The position numbers and the translations under genes were made by a program. From positions 15,532-79,531 of the forward strand of contig CAVTAP010000003.1 of assembly GCA_963732695.1 (NCBI GenBank): a stretch of 64,000 bases of DNA. Reading direction: 5' to 3'. Shown one piece after another: positions 10,743-19,261 of this stretch. The notes under the pieces were generated by a model, which had not been told where the DNA came from, ran no database searches, and saw nothing but the letters and a program-made list of their open reading frames with translations. The DNA is from an uncultured Actinomycetota bacterium (GTDB lineage Bacteria > Actinomycetota > Acidimicrobiia > Acidimicrobiales > SZUA-35). Position 1 is the first letter of the stretch, and each line of letters opens with the position of its first letter.

Positions 10743-11738
10743 TCACGTGCCGTACTCGGGCCGGGCCCCACCGGCCAGGCCGTGGAGGCTGCCGAGGCCC
10801 CGGGAGAGGCGCATCAGACCCCAGGCGGCCCGGCTTCGGCGGCGGGTGGCCACCCCGGCGACGGTCAGGGCCAGGCCCTGGCCCAGCCGGGTGGTGGCCC
10901 GGGCCGAGATCAGGGCCCGGCGCCGCAGGGTGGGATCGCCGGCCAGCTCGGCCCGCACCCAGTTGGCGGTGGCCCGCCGCTCCCGGCGGGTCAGCCAGGC
11001 CAGTGTGGTGCGGTCGGGCCCCACCAGCTCGGTCACCGGGGCCGTGGCGCTCCACTGCAGGTCCAGGCCCAGACGCCGGGCCCGGAGCGAGAAATCGGTG
11101 TCTTCCCCGCCGCTGAAGGCGAAGCGCTGGTCGAACCGGAGCCCGTGGGCTCGGATCTGGGCCAGATCGACGGCCAGGTTGCCGCTGCGGAGCCAGGTCT
11201 GGGGCGTGCTGTCGGGGGGCTCGGGTCGGTCGAACAGGCCACCGTCCACCACCCACGCCGGCGGCTGGTGGTGGAACCGGGTGCGGACGGGCCCGCCCAC
11301 CAGAGCGGCGCCGGTGGCCGCCATCACCCGCAGTAGGCCGTCGGGCCAGCCCGGCTCGGCCACCTCGTCGTCGTCGATGAACACCAGCACCTCGCCCCCG
11401 GCGTCGTCGAGGGCCCGGTTGCGGGCGGCGGCCAGGCCCGGGTCGGGTTCGTGACGGTAGGTCAGGGGGAGCGGATCACCGGCCTGCACCAGCGCCAACA
11501 CCGTCTCCCGGGCCGACGGTGTGCGGTCGTTGTCCACGATCAGCACGTCATGCAACCGCCATGATGTTGTGGGATGCGGATCGGCGAGGGGCCGCAGGCT
11601 GTCCAGGGTCGACACCAAGGAGTCCGGGCGACGGTAGGTGAGGATGCCCACCGTGACCCTCAGTGGGCGGGTCGACGGGATGGTTGACGGGGCCTCCCGG
11701 CCCTCTGAGCTGGGGTTTTCGTTGTTGGTGGTAGTCAA
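10743..11738 (-). CDS. Glycosyltransferase family 2
   Basis: VGILTYRRPDSLVSTLDSL...LIVDNDRTP...GLAAARNRAL...VLVFIDDDEV...GGEDTDFSLR are GT2 signatures. I prefer the TTG start at 11738 (AGGGG 8 nt upstream). The track ORF extends to 11816 through a low-GC segment that looks like a promoter. Confidence 0.75.
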   Translation of the reverse strand: MTTTNNENPSSEGREAPSTIPSTRPLRVTVGILTYRRPDSLVSTLDSLRPLADPHPTTSWRLHDVLIVDNDRTPSARETVLALVQAGDPLPLTYRHEPDPGLAAARNRALDDAGGEVLVFIDDDEVAEPGWPDGLLRVMAATGAALVGGPVRTRFHHQPPAWVVDGGLFDRPEPPDSTPQTWLRSGNLAVDLAQIRAHGLRFDQRFAFSGGEDTDFSLRARRLGLDLQWSATAPVTELVGPDRTTLAWLTRRERRATANWVRAELAGDPTLRRRALISARATTRLGQGLALTVAGVATRRRSRAAWGLMRLSRGLGSLHGLAGGARPEYGT

Positions 11739-11868
11739 GAACACCCCTGCTATCCGAACGGTGGCGGTGCGCCAATCGGGAAGTTTACCCACCCCCGAAA
11801 TGTGTCGATTCGACAACGGGGTGGTCTAGGGTGGCGACCGCTATGGGGCAGAAGGTCGACGGTGACCA

Positions 11869-12561
11869 GTGGTGAACCTGACATCCGATCTCCCGCTCAC
11901 GACGCTTGAAGTACGTCGACGGCCAATGGCCCCTGTACTTCTCGTCCCGCGGGTCACAGCGTACAGTCGCTGGGTGAAGCGTCCGCTTGACGTGACGCTG
12001 GCCCTGACGGTGCTTCTGCTGTCGGCCCCGGTATGGATCGTCGTGGCGCTCTCCATCCCCGTGATGCTGGGCCCCGGCGGGATCATCTACCGCCAGGAGC
12101 GGGTGGGCCGGCACGGCCAGCCGTTCACCATCTACAAGTTCCGCTCGATGCTGCAGGACCGGCGCCAAGCCACCAACCCCCGCTACATCGGTCCCGAGCG
12201 CCGCTCCACCCACAAGAGCAGCGACGATCCCCGCCACACGCCCTACGGGCGCTTCCTACGGGCCACCAGCATCGACGAGCTGCCGCAGCTCATGAACATC
12301 ATCCGGGGCGACATGAGCCTCGTCGGCCCCCGGCCCGAGCTGGTCACCGTGGCCCGGCGCGACGGCTTCGCCAGCCACCCCCGCCATCTGACCCGCCCCG
12401 GCCTCACCGGCATGTTCCAGGTGTCGCCGCTGCGGTCGCAGAACCGGATCTCGGCCGGCCTGCACCTCGACCTCCAGTATGTGGTGCACATCCGCTTCGT
12501 CCACGATCTGAAGATCCTGGTGAAGACGGCGCTGATCCCGTTCACCCGTCGCGGGAGCTGA
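11869..12561 (+). CDS. Undecaprenyl-phosphate sugar phosphotransferase (small bacterial sugar transferase / PGT family)
   Basis: KRPLDVTLALTVLLLSAPVWIVVAL...IIYRQERVGRHGQPFTIYKFRSM...DELPQLMNIIRGDMSLVGPRPE matches the Bac_transf family. It is divergent from the GT2 gene. The start could also be ATG 11926. Confidence 0.85.
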   Translation: MVNLTSDLPLTTLEVRRRPMAPVLLVPRVTAYSRWVKRPLDVTLALTVLLLSAPVWIVVALSIPVMLGPGGIIYRQERVGRHGQPFTIYKFRSMLQDRRQATNPRYIGPERRSTHKSSDDPRHTPYGRFLRATSIDELPQLMNIIRGDMSLVGPRPELVTVARRDGFASHPRHLTRPGLTGMFQVSPLRSQNRISAGLHLDLQYVVHIRFVHDLKILVKTALIPFTRRGS

Positions 12562-13097
12562 TCACGGGCGAACGGCCGCTGCGCATCCTGTTCGTCTGCA
12601 CCGCCAACATCTGCCGGAGCCCGGCGGCGGAGCATCTGGCCCGCTACCGGTTCGGCGAGGCGGGGGCGGTGTTCCGGTCGGCCGGGTTCCTCACCGAAGA
12701 CGAGGCCTGCCCCGAGTTCCTGCTGCGGGCACTGGGTGAGCTGGGCGTGGACGCCTCGGAGCACCGGAGCTACCGGCTCGATCCAGCCAGTCTGGAAGCG
12801 GCCGATCTGGTGCTCACGATGGAAGGCCAGCACGTGCCGAGCGCCACCCGCCTCCAGCGGGGTGCCTTCCCCAAGATCGTGCCTCTCAAGGAAGCGGCCC
12901 AGGTGGCCACCGGGTTCGGGGGCCGGCTCACCGTGGACGACCTGTTGGGTGAGGTGAACCGGGGCCGCGATCCTCGCACCTACCTGTCGAAGGGGTGGGA
13001 CGTGGCCGACCCCTACCGGCGCAAGCTACGCGACTACCGCCGAGCCGTGGTCGAGATCGACGGGCTGATGACCGAGGTCGTGGGCCGCCTGATCTGA
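12558..13097 (+). CDS. Low-molecular-weight protein tyrosine phosphatase (Wzb-like); start codon uncertain (CTG 12558?)
   Basis: RILFVCTANICRSPAAE (the CX5R(S) P-loop) and DVADPY (Asp loop). No in-frame ATG/GTG/TTG occurs for more than 150 nt upstream of the P-loop. CTG 12558 overlaps the TGA of the PGT gene. The remainder of track ORF 12033..13097 lies out of frame inside the PGT gene. Confidence 0.75.
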   Translation: MITGERPLRILFVCTANICRSPAAEHLARYRFGEAGAVFRSAGFLTEDEACPEFLLRALGELGVDASEHRSYRLDPASLEAADLVLTMEGQHVPSATRLQRGAFPKIVPLKEAAQVATGFGGRLTVDDLLGEVNRGRDPRTYLSKGWDVADPYRRKLRDYRRAVVEIDGLMTEVVGRLI

Positions 13098-14350
13098 GCA
13101 TTTCGGGGGCTGGCGCCCGACTGCCGTGTCGATCGGACAGGCCAGGTGATCCGGGTGTTCAGGGCGAAGCTGGCAGCCACCGTGCCGCTGATGGCGACGG
13201 TGTTGAGGACGAGCGCCGCCCCCAGGCGCCCCATGGTGGCTGCGGGGCCCCCGGCGGGCAGCACGAGCTGACCGATCAGCCGGTCGGCGCCGGCCACGGC
13301 CGCCATGGCCTGGGCCGTCACCAGGTGGAAGCGGCACAGCGGGCCCAGATGACGCCACCGTCGATGACCCCGATGGGGGAACGTGGCCCGATCGTGGGCC
13401 AGGTACTCGACGATCACCGCCAGCTCCACCGCCAGCAGCGCGGTGAGCGATACGCCAGCGCCGGGGCTGATCGGGGCGCCACCGGTGGAGCCCAGTGCCG
13501 GGGCCAGCACCGACGATCGGATCGTCGTGCCCAGCAGGGCGATCAGGCCGTAGATCACGAAACGGCTGGCGGCCAGCCGGCCGGCCAGCAGCTCGGCCAC
13601 CGACGCCAGATAGGCGGTCACCACCGACCCCGAAAGCTTCGTGGTGCCGGCGGTACGGAGGCGGAAATGGTAGCCGACCTCGGCCACCACGGGGCGTTCA
13701 CCCCGGGCCAGCAGCTCGAGGAGGATCTTGAACCCTCGGCCGCTCACGTCGGCCCGGGTGGCCTCCCAGCGACCCCGGGACAGGGCGAAGAAGCCGCTCA
13801 TGGGATCGCTGACATCCGCTCCCACCAGGGCTCGGGCCAGCTGGGCCCCACCCCACGACACCAGCCGTCGCTGGGCGCTGAACGCCCCGTAGCTGCCGCC
13901 CTCGACCGCTCGGGAGCCGATACAGACATCGGCTCCGTCGGCCACGGCGTCGAGCATGGCCGGCAGGATGGTCTCGTCGTGCTGCCCGTCGGCGTCCATC
14001 ACCGCCAGCACCTCACCCTGGGCCAGGGCGAGACCCTCCAGCACGGCCGACGACAGCCCGCGCCGGCCGATGCGGCGCAGCACGCGGATCCGGCGGGACC
14101 GTTGCGACGCCTCCTCGGCCAGGCGCCAGGTGCCGTCGGGGGAGTCGTCGTCGACCACCACCACCTCGTAGTCGACCTCGGCCAGAGCCAGGTCGAGGCG
14201 ATCGAGCAGCACCGGGAGACTCTCGGCTTCGTTGTAGGTCGGCACCACCACCGACAGCTGGGGGCGGAGCGGCCCCCGCCGGTCGGCCCACGCCGGCCAG
14301 GGCTGGGTCGTGGCCCCGGCGGAGGGGGCGGCGGAGGGAGAGGCCGTCAT
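13034..14350 (-). CDS. Polyprenol-phosphate glycosyltransferase (GT2, Ppm1/DPM1-like) fused to a GtrA-like membrane domain
   Basis: LSVVVPTYNEAESLPVLLDRL...VVVVDDDSPDGT...VMDADGQHD...SDPMSGFF is the DPM1-like GT2 core. A C-terminal domain of about 150 aa with 4 helices (FVIYGLIALLGT...LNTRITW) resembles GtrA. The 3' end overlaps the convergent LMW-PTP gene by 64 bp. Confidence 0.7.
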   Translation of the reverse strand: MTASPSAAPSAGATTQPWPAWADRRGPLRPQLSVVVPTYNEAESLPVLLDRLDLALAEVDYEVVVVDDDSPDGTWRLAEEASQRSRRIRVLRRIGRRGLSSAVLEGLALAQGEVLAVMDADGQHDETILPAMLDAVADGADVCIGSRAVEGGSYGAFSAQRRLVSWGGAQLARALVGADVSDPMSGFFALSRGRWEATRADVSGRGFKILLELLARGERPVVAEVGYHFRLRTAGTTKLSGSVVTAYLASVAELLAGRLAASRFVIYGLIALLGTTIRSSVLAPALGSTGGAPISPGAGVSLTALLAVELAVIVEYLAHDRATFPHRGHRRWRHLGPLCRFHLVTAQAMAAVAGADRLIGQLVLPAGGPAATMGRLGAALVLNTVAISGTVAASFALNTRITWPVRSTRQSGASPRNAQIRRPTTSVISPSISTTARR

Positions 14351-14407
14351 CGGCCTCCCATCGGCCGCCGCCGCCCTCCTGTGAGGGTGCCGGCGTGCCG
14401 CCCGGCG

Positions 14408-15109
14408 TCAGGTCCGGGGGCGGGTGGCGGTGAGGAGCTGGGTGATCCCGGTGGACAGCTGGCGGCGCTCGACGTCCACCAGGCCGGCGGCGTTGAGCAT
14501 CTCCACCATCCGGGCCGGCTCCGGCAGGTAGGACACCGAGCGGGGGAGATAGCTGTAGGCCGACCGGTCCGACAGCAGGCCGCCCACCCGGGGCACCACC
14601 TGGTTGAAGTAGAGCTGGTGCCCGGTCCGCAGGAGGCGGTTGTCGGGCCGGGAGACGTCGAGCAGGGCCACCCGGCCACCGGGCTCCAGCACCCGGTACA
14701 GCTCGGCGAAGAACGGCTCCAGCCCCACGAGGTTGCGCAGGGCGAACCCGCAGACGGCACCGGCCACCGAGCCGGTGGCCACCGGCAGGGCCAGGAGGTC
14801 GCCCTGCACCAGGGGGGCCGGGGTGCGGGCGGCCGCCAGCATGCCGAAGGAGAGATCGACGCCCACCGGCCGGTGGCCGGCCGAGGTGAGCTCCAGGCAG
14901 AGGTCGCCGGTACCGCAGGCCAGATCGAGCACCGTGGACCCGGGGGCCAGACGGAGGTCGCGCACGGCCCGGCGCCGCCAGCGGGCATCCAGCCCGAACG
15001 TCAGGACCCGGTTGACCAGGTTGTAGCGAGGGGCGATGGCGTCGAACATGGAGCGGACCGCGGCGCGCTTCTCGTCGCCCTCGGGCAGCCGGTCTCGGGG
15101 CATGGTCAT
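14408..15109 (-). CDS. menG: Demethylmenaquinone / ubiquinone C-methyltransferase (UbiE/MenG family)
   Basis: VRSMFDAIAPRYNLVNRVLTFGLDARWRR...VLDLACGTGDL...FALRNLV...LEPGGRVALLD... matches the UbiE/MenG signature. Confidence 0.75.
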   Translation of the reverse strand: MTMPRDRLPEGDEKRAAVRSMFDAIAPRYNLVNRVLTFGLDARWRRRAVRDLRLAPGSTVLDLACGTGDLCLELTSAGHRPVGVDLSFGMLAAARTPAPLVQGDLLALPVATGSVAGAVCGFALRNLVGLEPFFAELYRVLEPGGRVALLDVSRPDNRLLRTGHQLYFNQVVPRVGGLLSDRSAYSYLPRSVSYLPEPARMVEMLNAAGLVDVERRQLSTGITQLLTATRPRT

Positions 15110-15129
15110 CGTGGACCGACCCTAGCTCT

Positions 15130-15313
15130 GCTCTCCGGGGGTTGGCACCCCCGCCGGCCTCCTTCGTCGGCCTCCCCCATCGGCGTTGGGGCCCCCACCC
15201 CACCGCAGCGCCTGCGGCGCGGCTCTCCGGGGGTTGGCACCCCCGCCGGCCTCCTTCGTCGGCCTCCCCCATCGGCGTTGGGGCCCCCACCCCACCGCAG
15301 CGCCTGCGGCGCC
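15130..15313. repeat. Perfect tandem duplication (2 x 92 bp) of a structured GC-rich intergenic element
   Basis: CTCTCCGGGGGTTGGCACCCCCGCCGGCCTCCTTCGTCGGCCTCCCCCATCGGCGTTGGGGCCCCCACCCCACCGCAGCGCCTGCGGCGC occurs at 15131 and again at 15223, with identical bases. It contains the hairpins CGGGGG-TTGGCA-CCCCCG and CCGCAG-CGC-CTGCGG. Confidence 0.9.
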
Positions 15314-15317
15314 GCTG

Positions 15318-16829
15318 TCAGCACCTCGTACCGGCTGGCGGGAGCTCGTCGTCGAGGAGGTAGCGGGCCACCAGGCGGCGGACGCAGGCGCTCGACGAGT
15401 AGGCCGTGTGGCCGTCGATCTCGGCCACCACCAGCGATGCCGACTCCAGGTGGCCGGCCACGGTCTGGGCGTTGGCCAGGGGCGTGGCCGGGTCGTTCGT
15501 GTTGCCGACCACCAGGATGGGCCGGGCCCCGGGGGCCGTGACCGGGCCCCGGGCGGGGCCGGACGGTGCCGGCCACCAGGCGCAGGTCACCAGCTCGTTG
15601 GCCACGGCCGGGCCGAACCGGGGGGCCAGTGCGGTGGTGGCGGCGGCGAACGCGGCCCAGGCCGCCCGGTCGGTGGGGCGGGGACTGTCGGTGCACTCCA
15701 CCCCGGCGTAGACGCCGAACGGCACCACCTGGGTGAAGGTGTCGCTCAGGGCCTCGATGCCGCCGAAGTCTCCGGCCAGGGCGTCGGTGAGGGCCGAGGT
15801 GTAGATCGGCCACAGTCCCACGTCGTACAGGGTGATCAGGGCGGCGGCATCGAGCTCGGTGGGGCCCACCTGGCCCACCGGTCCGTCGCGTTCCAGGCGG
15901 GCCATGAGCTCGTCCTGGGCGCCGGCCGCCCCGCCCGGGGGGCAGGTGACCCGGGTCGCGCAGGCGGCGTCGAGCACGGCAAAGGCCTGCTCGAAGGCCA
16001 CGGCCTGGGTGGTCAGGAGGTCGGGGAGGTCCTGTTGGGGATCCACCACCCCGTCGAGCACCAGGTGGCCCACCCGCTGCGGGAAGGCCTCGGCGTAGAC
16101 CAGCCCGATCAGGGTGCCGAAGCTGAACCCGATGTAGTGGAGCTGTTCGTCGCCCACGGCGGCCCGCAGGCGGTCGAGATCCCGGGCCACGTCGTCGGTC
16201 CGGAGGTGGGCCAGCAGGCCGGTGGTGTCGAGTGCGGCGCAGCTCCGGGCGAACTGCTCGGCGGCGGCGTCCATGGCCGCCACCTCGGCCCCGTCGTCGG
16301 GCGACCAGTCGGGGAGAGGGCCGGCCGAACGGTCGAGGGTGCAGGCGACCGGGGTGCTGGCTCCCACACCTCGAGGATCGAATCCGATCACGTCGTAGGA
16401 GCGGGCGGTGTCAGGGTCGAGGCCGAAGCCGTTGGTCACGAAGTCGACACCGGAGGCGCCGGGGCCACCGGGGTTGACGAACACCGAACCCACCCGGGTG
16501 CCGGTGGCGGCCCGCCGCACGAGGGCGATACGGACGACCGGGCCGCTGGGATCGCCGTAGTCGAGGGGCACGGTCACCGAGGCGCAGGTGAGCTGCCCGC
16601 AGGGCTGCCAGTCCACGGGGTCGGCCGGGGCGGCCGGGACGGCGGGGGTGGTGGCCGGGGGTGACGTGGTGGGAGCGGCGCTGCTGGGGGTCGACGCCGA
16701 TCCGGAGGTCGGGACGACGGTGCCGGGCCCGGCGTCGTCGCTGCAGGACGCGGCGGCCAGGAGCAGGGCGGCGACCGCCAGCGCCGCCGCCCGGCCGGAC
16801 CGCCGCCGGCGGCCGGCTATTCGAACCAC
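15318..16829 (-). CDS. Secreted lipoprotein alpha/beta hydrolase (tripeptidyl-aminopeptidase / TAP-like S33 family)
   Basis: GTG 16829 gives VVRIAGRRRRSGRAAALAVAALLLAAASCSDD (lipobox-like AAS-C). Further motifs: VFVNPGGPGASG, DVIGFDPRGVG, nucleophile GFSFG, and C-terminal NDPATP...GHTAY...CV. The upstream part of track ORF 15318..17225 overlaps the next gene. Confidence 0.7.
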   Translation of the reverse strand: MVRIAGRRRRSGRAAALAVAALLLAAASCSDDAGPGTVVPTSGSASTPSSAAPTTSPPATTPAVPAAPADPVDWQPCGQLTCASVTVPLDYGDPSGPVVRIALVRRAATGTRVGSVFVNPGGPGASGVDFVTNGFGLDPDTARSYDVIGFDPRGVGASTPVACTLDRSAGPLPDWSPDDGAEVAAMDAAAEQFARSCAALDTTGLLAHLRTDDVARDLDRLRAAVGDEQLHYIGFSFGTLIGLVYAEAFPQRVGHLVLDGVVDPQQDLPDLLTTQAVAFEQAFAVLDAACATRVTCPPGGAAGAQDELMARLERDGPVGQVGPTELDAAALITLYDVGLWPIYTSALTDALAGDFGGIEALSDTFTQVVPFGVYAGVECTDSPRPTDRAAWAAFAAATTALAPRFGPAVANELVTCAWWPAPSGPARGPVTAPGARPILVVGNTNDPATPLANAQTVAGHLESASLVVAEIDGHTAYSSSACVRRLVARYLLDDELPPAGTRC

Positions 16830-17173
16830 ACCTTCTGGTACTCCCGGGAATGGGGGTGGATGGCGGCCACCGCCAACGCCACCGGGAACACCATGCGGTT
16901 CAGCACCAGGAGGATGGTCACGATGCCGGCGTCGAGGTTCGTCACCAGCAGGTAGACCCAGTAGAGCGCGATCAGCACGGCGCAGATGGCGAGCAGGAAG
17001 TAACCCCAGCGCTTGTTGTTGGCCGATCCGAAGGCTCCGACTCCGAGCCCGATGAACAAGGCCAGGAACAGGAGATCGGCACCGCCCAGGAGCCCGAAGA
17101 CGGCGGAGAGGTACCCGAGGATGACGGCCGCCTGCAGCGTCTGCGGATGGGACGGGTTGAACCAGCGAGTCAT
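16817..17173 (-). CDS. Small integral membrane protein, unknown function
   Basis: ATG 17173 gives MTRWFNPSHPQTLQAAVILGYLSAVFGLL...; the 118 aa contain 4 predicted hydrophobic helices. Its 3' end overlaps the hydrolase start by 13 nt. I recognised no homology. Confidence 0.5.
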   Translation of the reverse strand: MTRWFNPSHPQTLQAAVILGYLSAVFGLLGGADLLFLALFIGLGVGAFGSANNKRWGYFLLAICAVLIALYWVYLLVTNLDAGIVTILLVLNRMVFPVALAVAAIHPHSREYQKVWFE

Positions 17174-17178
17174 AGCAC

Positions 17179-18294
17179 TCACAGTATGGAGGGGCCGCTC
17201 GCCGGCGGTGCATGCAAGTCGCCAACTTGTGTGGCCGCTCGGGGCCGGCGCCGGCGGGCGCCCACCGTCACCGGCGTGCCCGGCTGGTGCCCAGCGGCCA
17301 GCTGACCGCAGGCGGCGTCGATCCCGGTACCCCGGTTGGCCCGGACCGTCACGTTGACCCCCCGGTCGGTGAGGCGGCGGGCGAACTCGGCGATCCGGCC
17401 GGCCGGCGAGCCGGTGGTGGGCCAGCCCGGCGTCGGGTTGAGGGGGATCAGGTTGACGTGGGCCCGGGCCGCGGCCGCCACCGCGGCCAGCTCGTCGGCG
17501 TCGGCCGGCCGGTCGTTCACCCCGTCGATCATGGCCCACTCGAACGACACCCGGCGTCCGGTCTGTTCCCGGAACCGGCGGGCCGCCGCCACCACCTCGG
17601 CGATCGGGTGGCGCCGGTTGACCGGCACCAGCTCGGAGCGGAGCTCGTCGTTGGCGGCATGGAGCGAGACGGCCAGCCCCACCTGGAGTCCCTCGGCGGC
17701 GAAGCGGTCGATCCCCGGCACCAGCCCGATGGTCGACACGGTCACGTGCCGGGCCCCGATCCCCAGGTCACCCACGATCCGGCGGACGGCGGTGAGCACC
17801 CGGTCGTAGTTGGCGAACGGCTCACCCATGCCCATGAACACGATGTTCGACAGGCGGCGGGGTGTCGCCGCCGCCCGGGCCGCCACCACCTGCTCCAGGA
17901 TCTCGCCCACGGTGAGGTTGCGTTGGTAGCCGGCCTGCCCTGTGGCGCAGAAGCCGCAGCCCATGGCGCAGCCGGCCTGGCTCGACACGCACACCGTGAC
18001 CCGGTCCCGGTACGGCATCAGCACCGTCTCCAGGGCCACCCCGTCGTCGGTGCCCCACAGCCACTTGACGGTGCCGTCGGCCGGGTCTCGCTGCTCCCGC
18101 TCCAGGCGCAGGGATGGGCGGACCACCTCGTCGAGGCGGTGGCGGAGGGCGGCCGGCAGGGTCGACAGCTCGGCGGGGGCCAGGCCCTGGTCGTACAGCC
18201 CCTGCCAGACCTGGCGGGCCCGGTAGGCCGGCTCCCGGGCCAGCAGCTCGCGCCACTCGTCGGGGTCGGGGGTCCAGGGGGAGGGGAGGCTCAC
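17179..18294 (-). CDS. rlmN: 23S rRNA/tRNA (adenine-C2)-methyltransferase, radical SAM RlmN
   Basis: YRARQVWQGLY, CVSSQAGCAMGCGFCATGQ (CX3CX2C), NIVFMGMGEP, SLHA, IPLNP and GIDAACGQL. GTG 18294 overlaps the mshD stop (GTGA). Confidence 0.9.
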   Translation of the reverse strand: MSLPSPWTPDPDEWRELLAREPAYRARQVWQGLYDQGLAPAELSTLPAALRHRLDEVVRPSLRLEREQRDPADGTVKWLWGTDDGVALETVLMPYRDRVTVCVSSQAGCAMGCGFCATGQAGYQRNLTVGEILEQVVAARAAATPRRLSNIVFMGMGEPFANYDRVLTAVRRIVGDLGIGARHVTVSTIGLVPGIDRFAAEGLQVGLAVSLHAANDELRSELVPVNRRHPIAEVVAAARRFREQTGRRVSFEWAMIDGVNDRPADADELAAVAAAARAHVNLIPLNPTPGWPTTGSPAGRIAEFARRLTDRGVNVTVRANRGTGIDAACGQLAAGHQPGTPVTVGARRRRPRAATQVGDLHAPPASGPSIL

Positions 18295-19244
18295 GACGCC
18301 CCGGACAGGGCGCGGCCCCAGGCCCGGTCGGTACGGACCACGGTGAAGCCGAGCCGGTTGTAGGTGCGCACCGCCGGCTCGTTGTCGGCCTCGACGTAGA
18401 GCATGCCGGTGGTCAGCCCCTGACTGTTGAGCCATTCGAGGCCGGCCATGGTCATCGGCGCCCCCAGCCCCCGACCGTGGAAGTCGGGGTCGACCCCGAT
18501 CACGTAGATCTCACCCAGGCGCCGCTCGGGGGCGGCGTGCTCATGGACCTTGGTCCAGCAAAAACCGGCGATCCGCCCGTCGCGCTCGTGGATGCGCAGG
18601 CATTCGGGGCGGAACCAGGGTTCGGCCATCGCCGCCTCCAGGTCGGCCGCCGTCTTGGCTCCCTGGTCCGGGTGGTGCACGAAGGCCCGGTTGTTCACGC
18701 TCACCAACTCGTCGAGGTCGCCCGGCTGGTAGGGGCGGGACGGGAGCGGGCCAACACCGGGGGCCGGGAGGGGGCAGCGCATCTGGTGGAGGGCCCGCAC
18801 CGGGGCGAGGCCGTGCCGATCGGCCAGCGCCTCGTGCCACGGTTGGGCCGGACGCCCCCACACCTCGAGACGATCGGCTGCGGTGCCGCCGAGGGCCGGC
18901 TGGAGGGCGGCCAGCAGGCGGTCGGCCACCTGATCGGCATCGTCCACGGTGGGGTCGAGCACCCCGTCGAGCTGGAGCCGGCCCCGGCTCACGCCCCCAC
19001 CCAGGAACCCGACCAGCTCGTGCTGGCGGTCGCCCGACGCTCCGGCCGCCGGGTCGGCGTCGCAGGCCAGCGTGGCGCAGAATCCCGGGGGGTGGCCGGC
19101 GGGGTCGTCGGCCCAGCTGTCGAAGCGGTCGTCGAGCAGGTGGGGCGGCACCGCCCGGGACAACAGCAGGCGGCCCTGGCGCCCGAGCACGGCGGTGATC
19201 CCGGTGGCGACACTGATGGTGACGTGGGACGGGCCTGGTGGCAT
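18291..19244 (-). CDS. mshD: Mycothiol synthase-like tandem GNAT acetyltransferase
   Basis: Two GNAT-like halves. The C-terminal half, NNRAFVHHPDQG...GEIYVIGVDPDFHGRGLG...MLYVEADNEPAVRTYNRLGF, matches the MshD pattern. I chose ATG 19244 (MPPGPSHV...); the track start is 19283. Confidence 0.65.
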   Translation of the reverse strand: MPPGPSHVTISVATGITAVLGRQGRLLLSRAVPPHLLDDRFDSWADDPAGHPPGFCATLACDADPAAGASGDRQHELVGFLGGGVSRGRLQLDGVLDPTVDDADQVADRLLAALQPALGGTAADRLEVWGRPAQPWHEALADRHGLAPVRALHQMRCPLPAPGVGPLPSRPYQPGDLDELVSVNNRAFVHHPDQGAKTAADLEAAMAEPWFRPECLRIHERDGRIAGFCWTKVHEHAAPERRLGEIYVIGVDPDFHGRGLGAPMTMAGLEWLNSQGLTTGMLYVEADNEPAVRTYNRLGFTVVRTDRAWGRALSGAS

Positions 19245-19261
19245 AGGTATATAAGGTACCG

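Noticed and set aside
13034-13097. A 64-bp convergent overlap between the LMW-PTP and Ppm1-GtrA genes, and a 24-bp overlap at 7685-7708.
   Set aside because: These most likely reflect non-conserved C-terminal read-through tails up to the first stop in GC-rich sequence. I saw no structure or motif suggesting antisense regulation.
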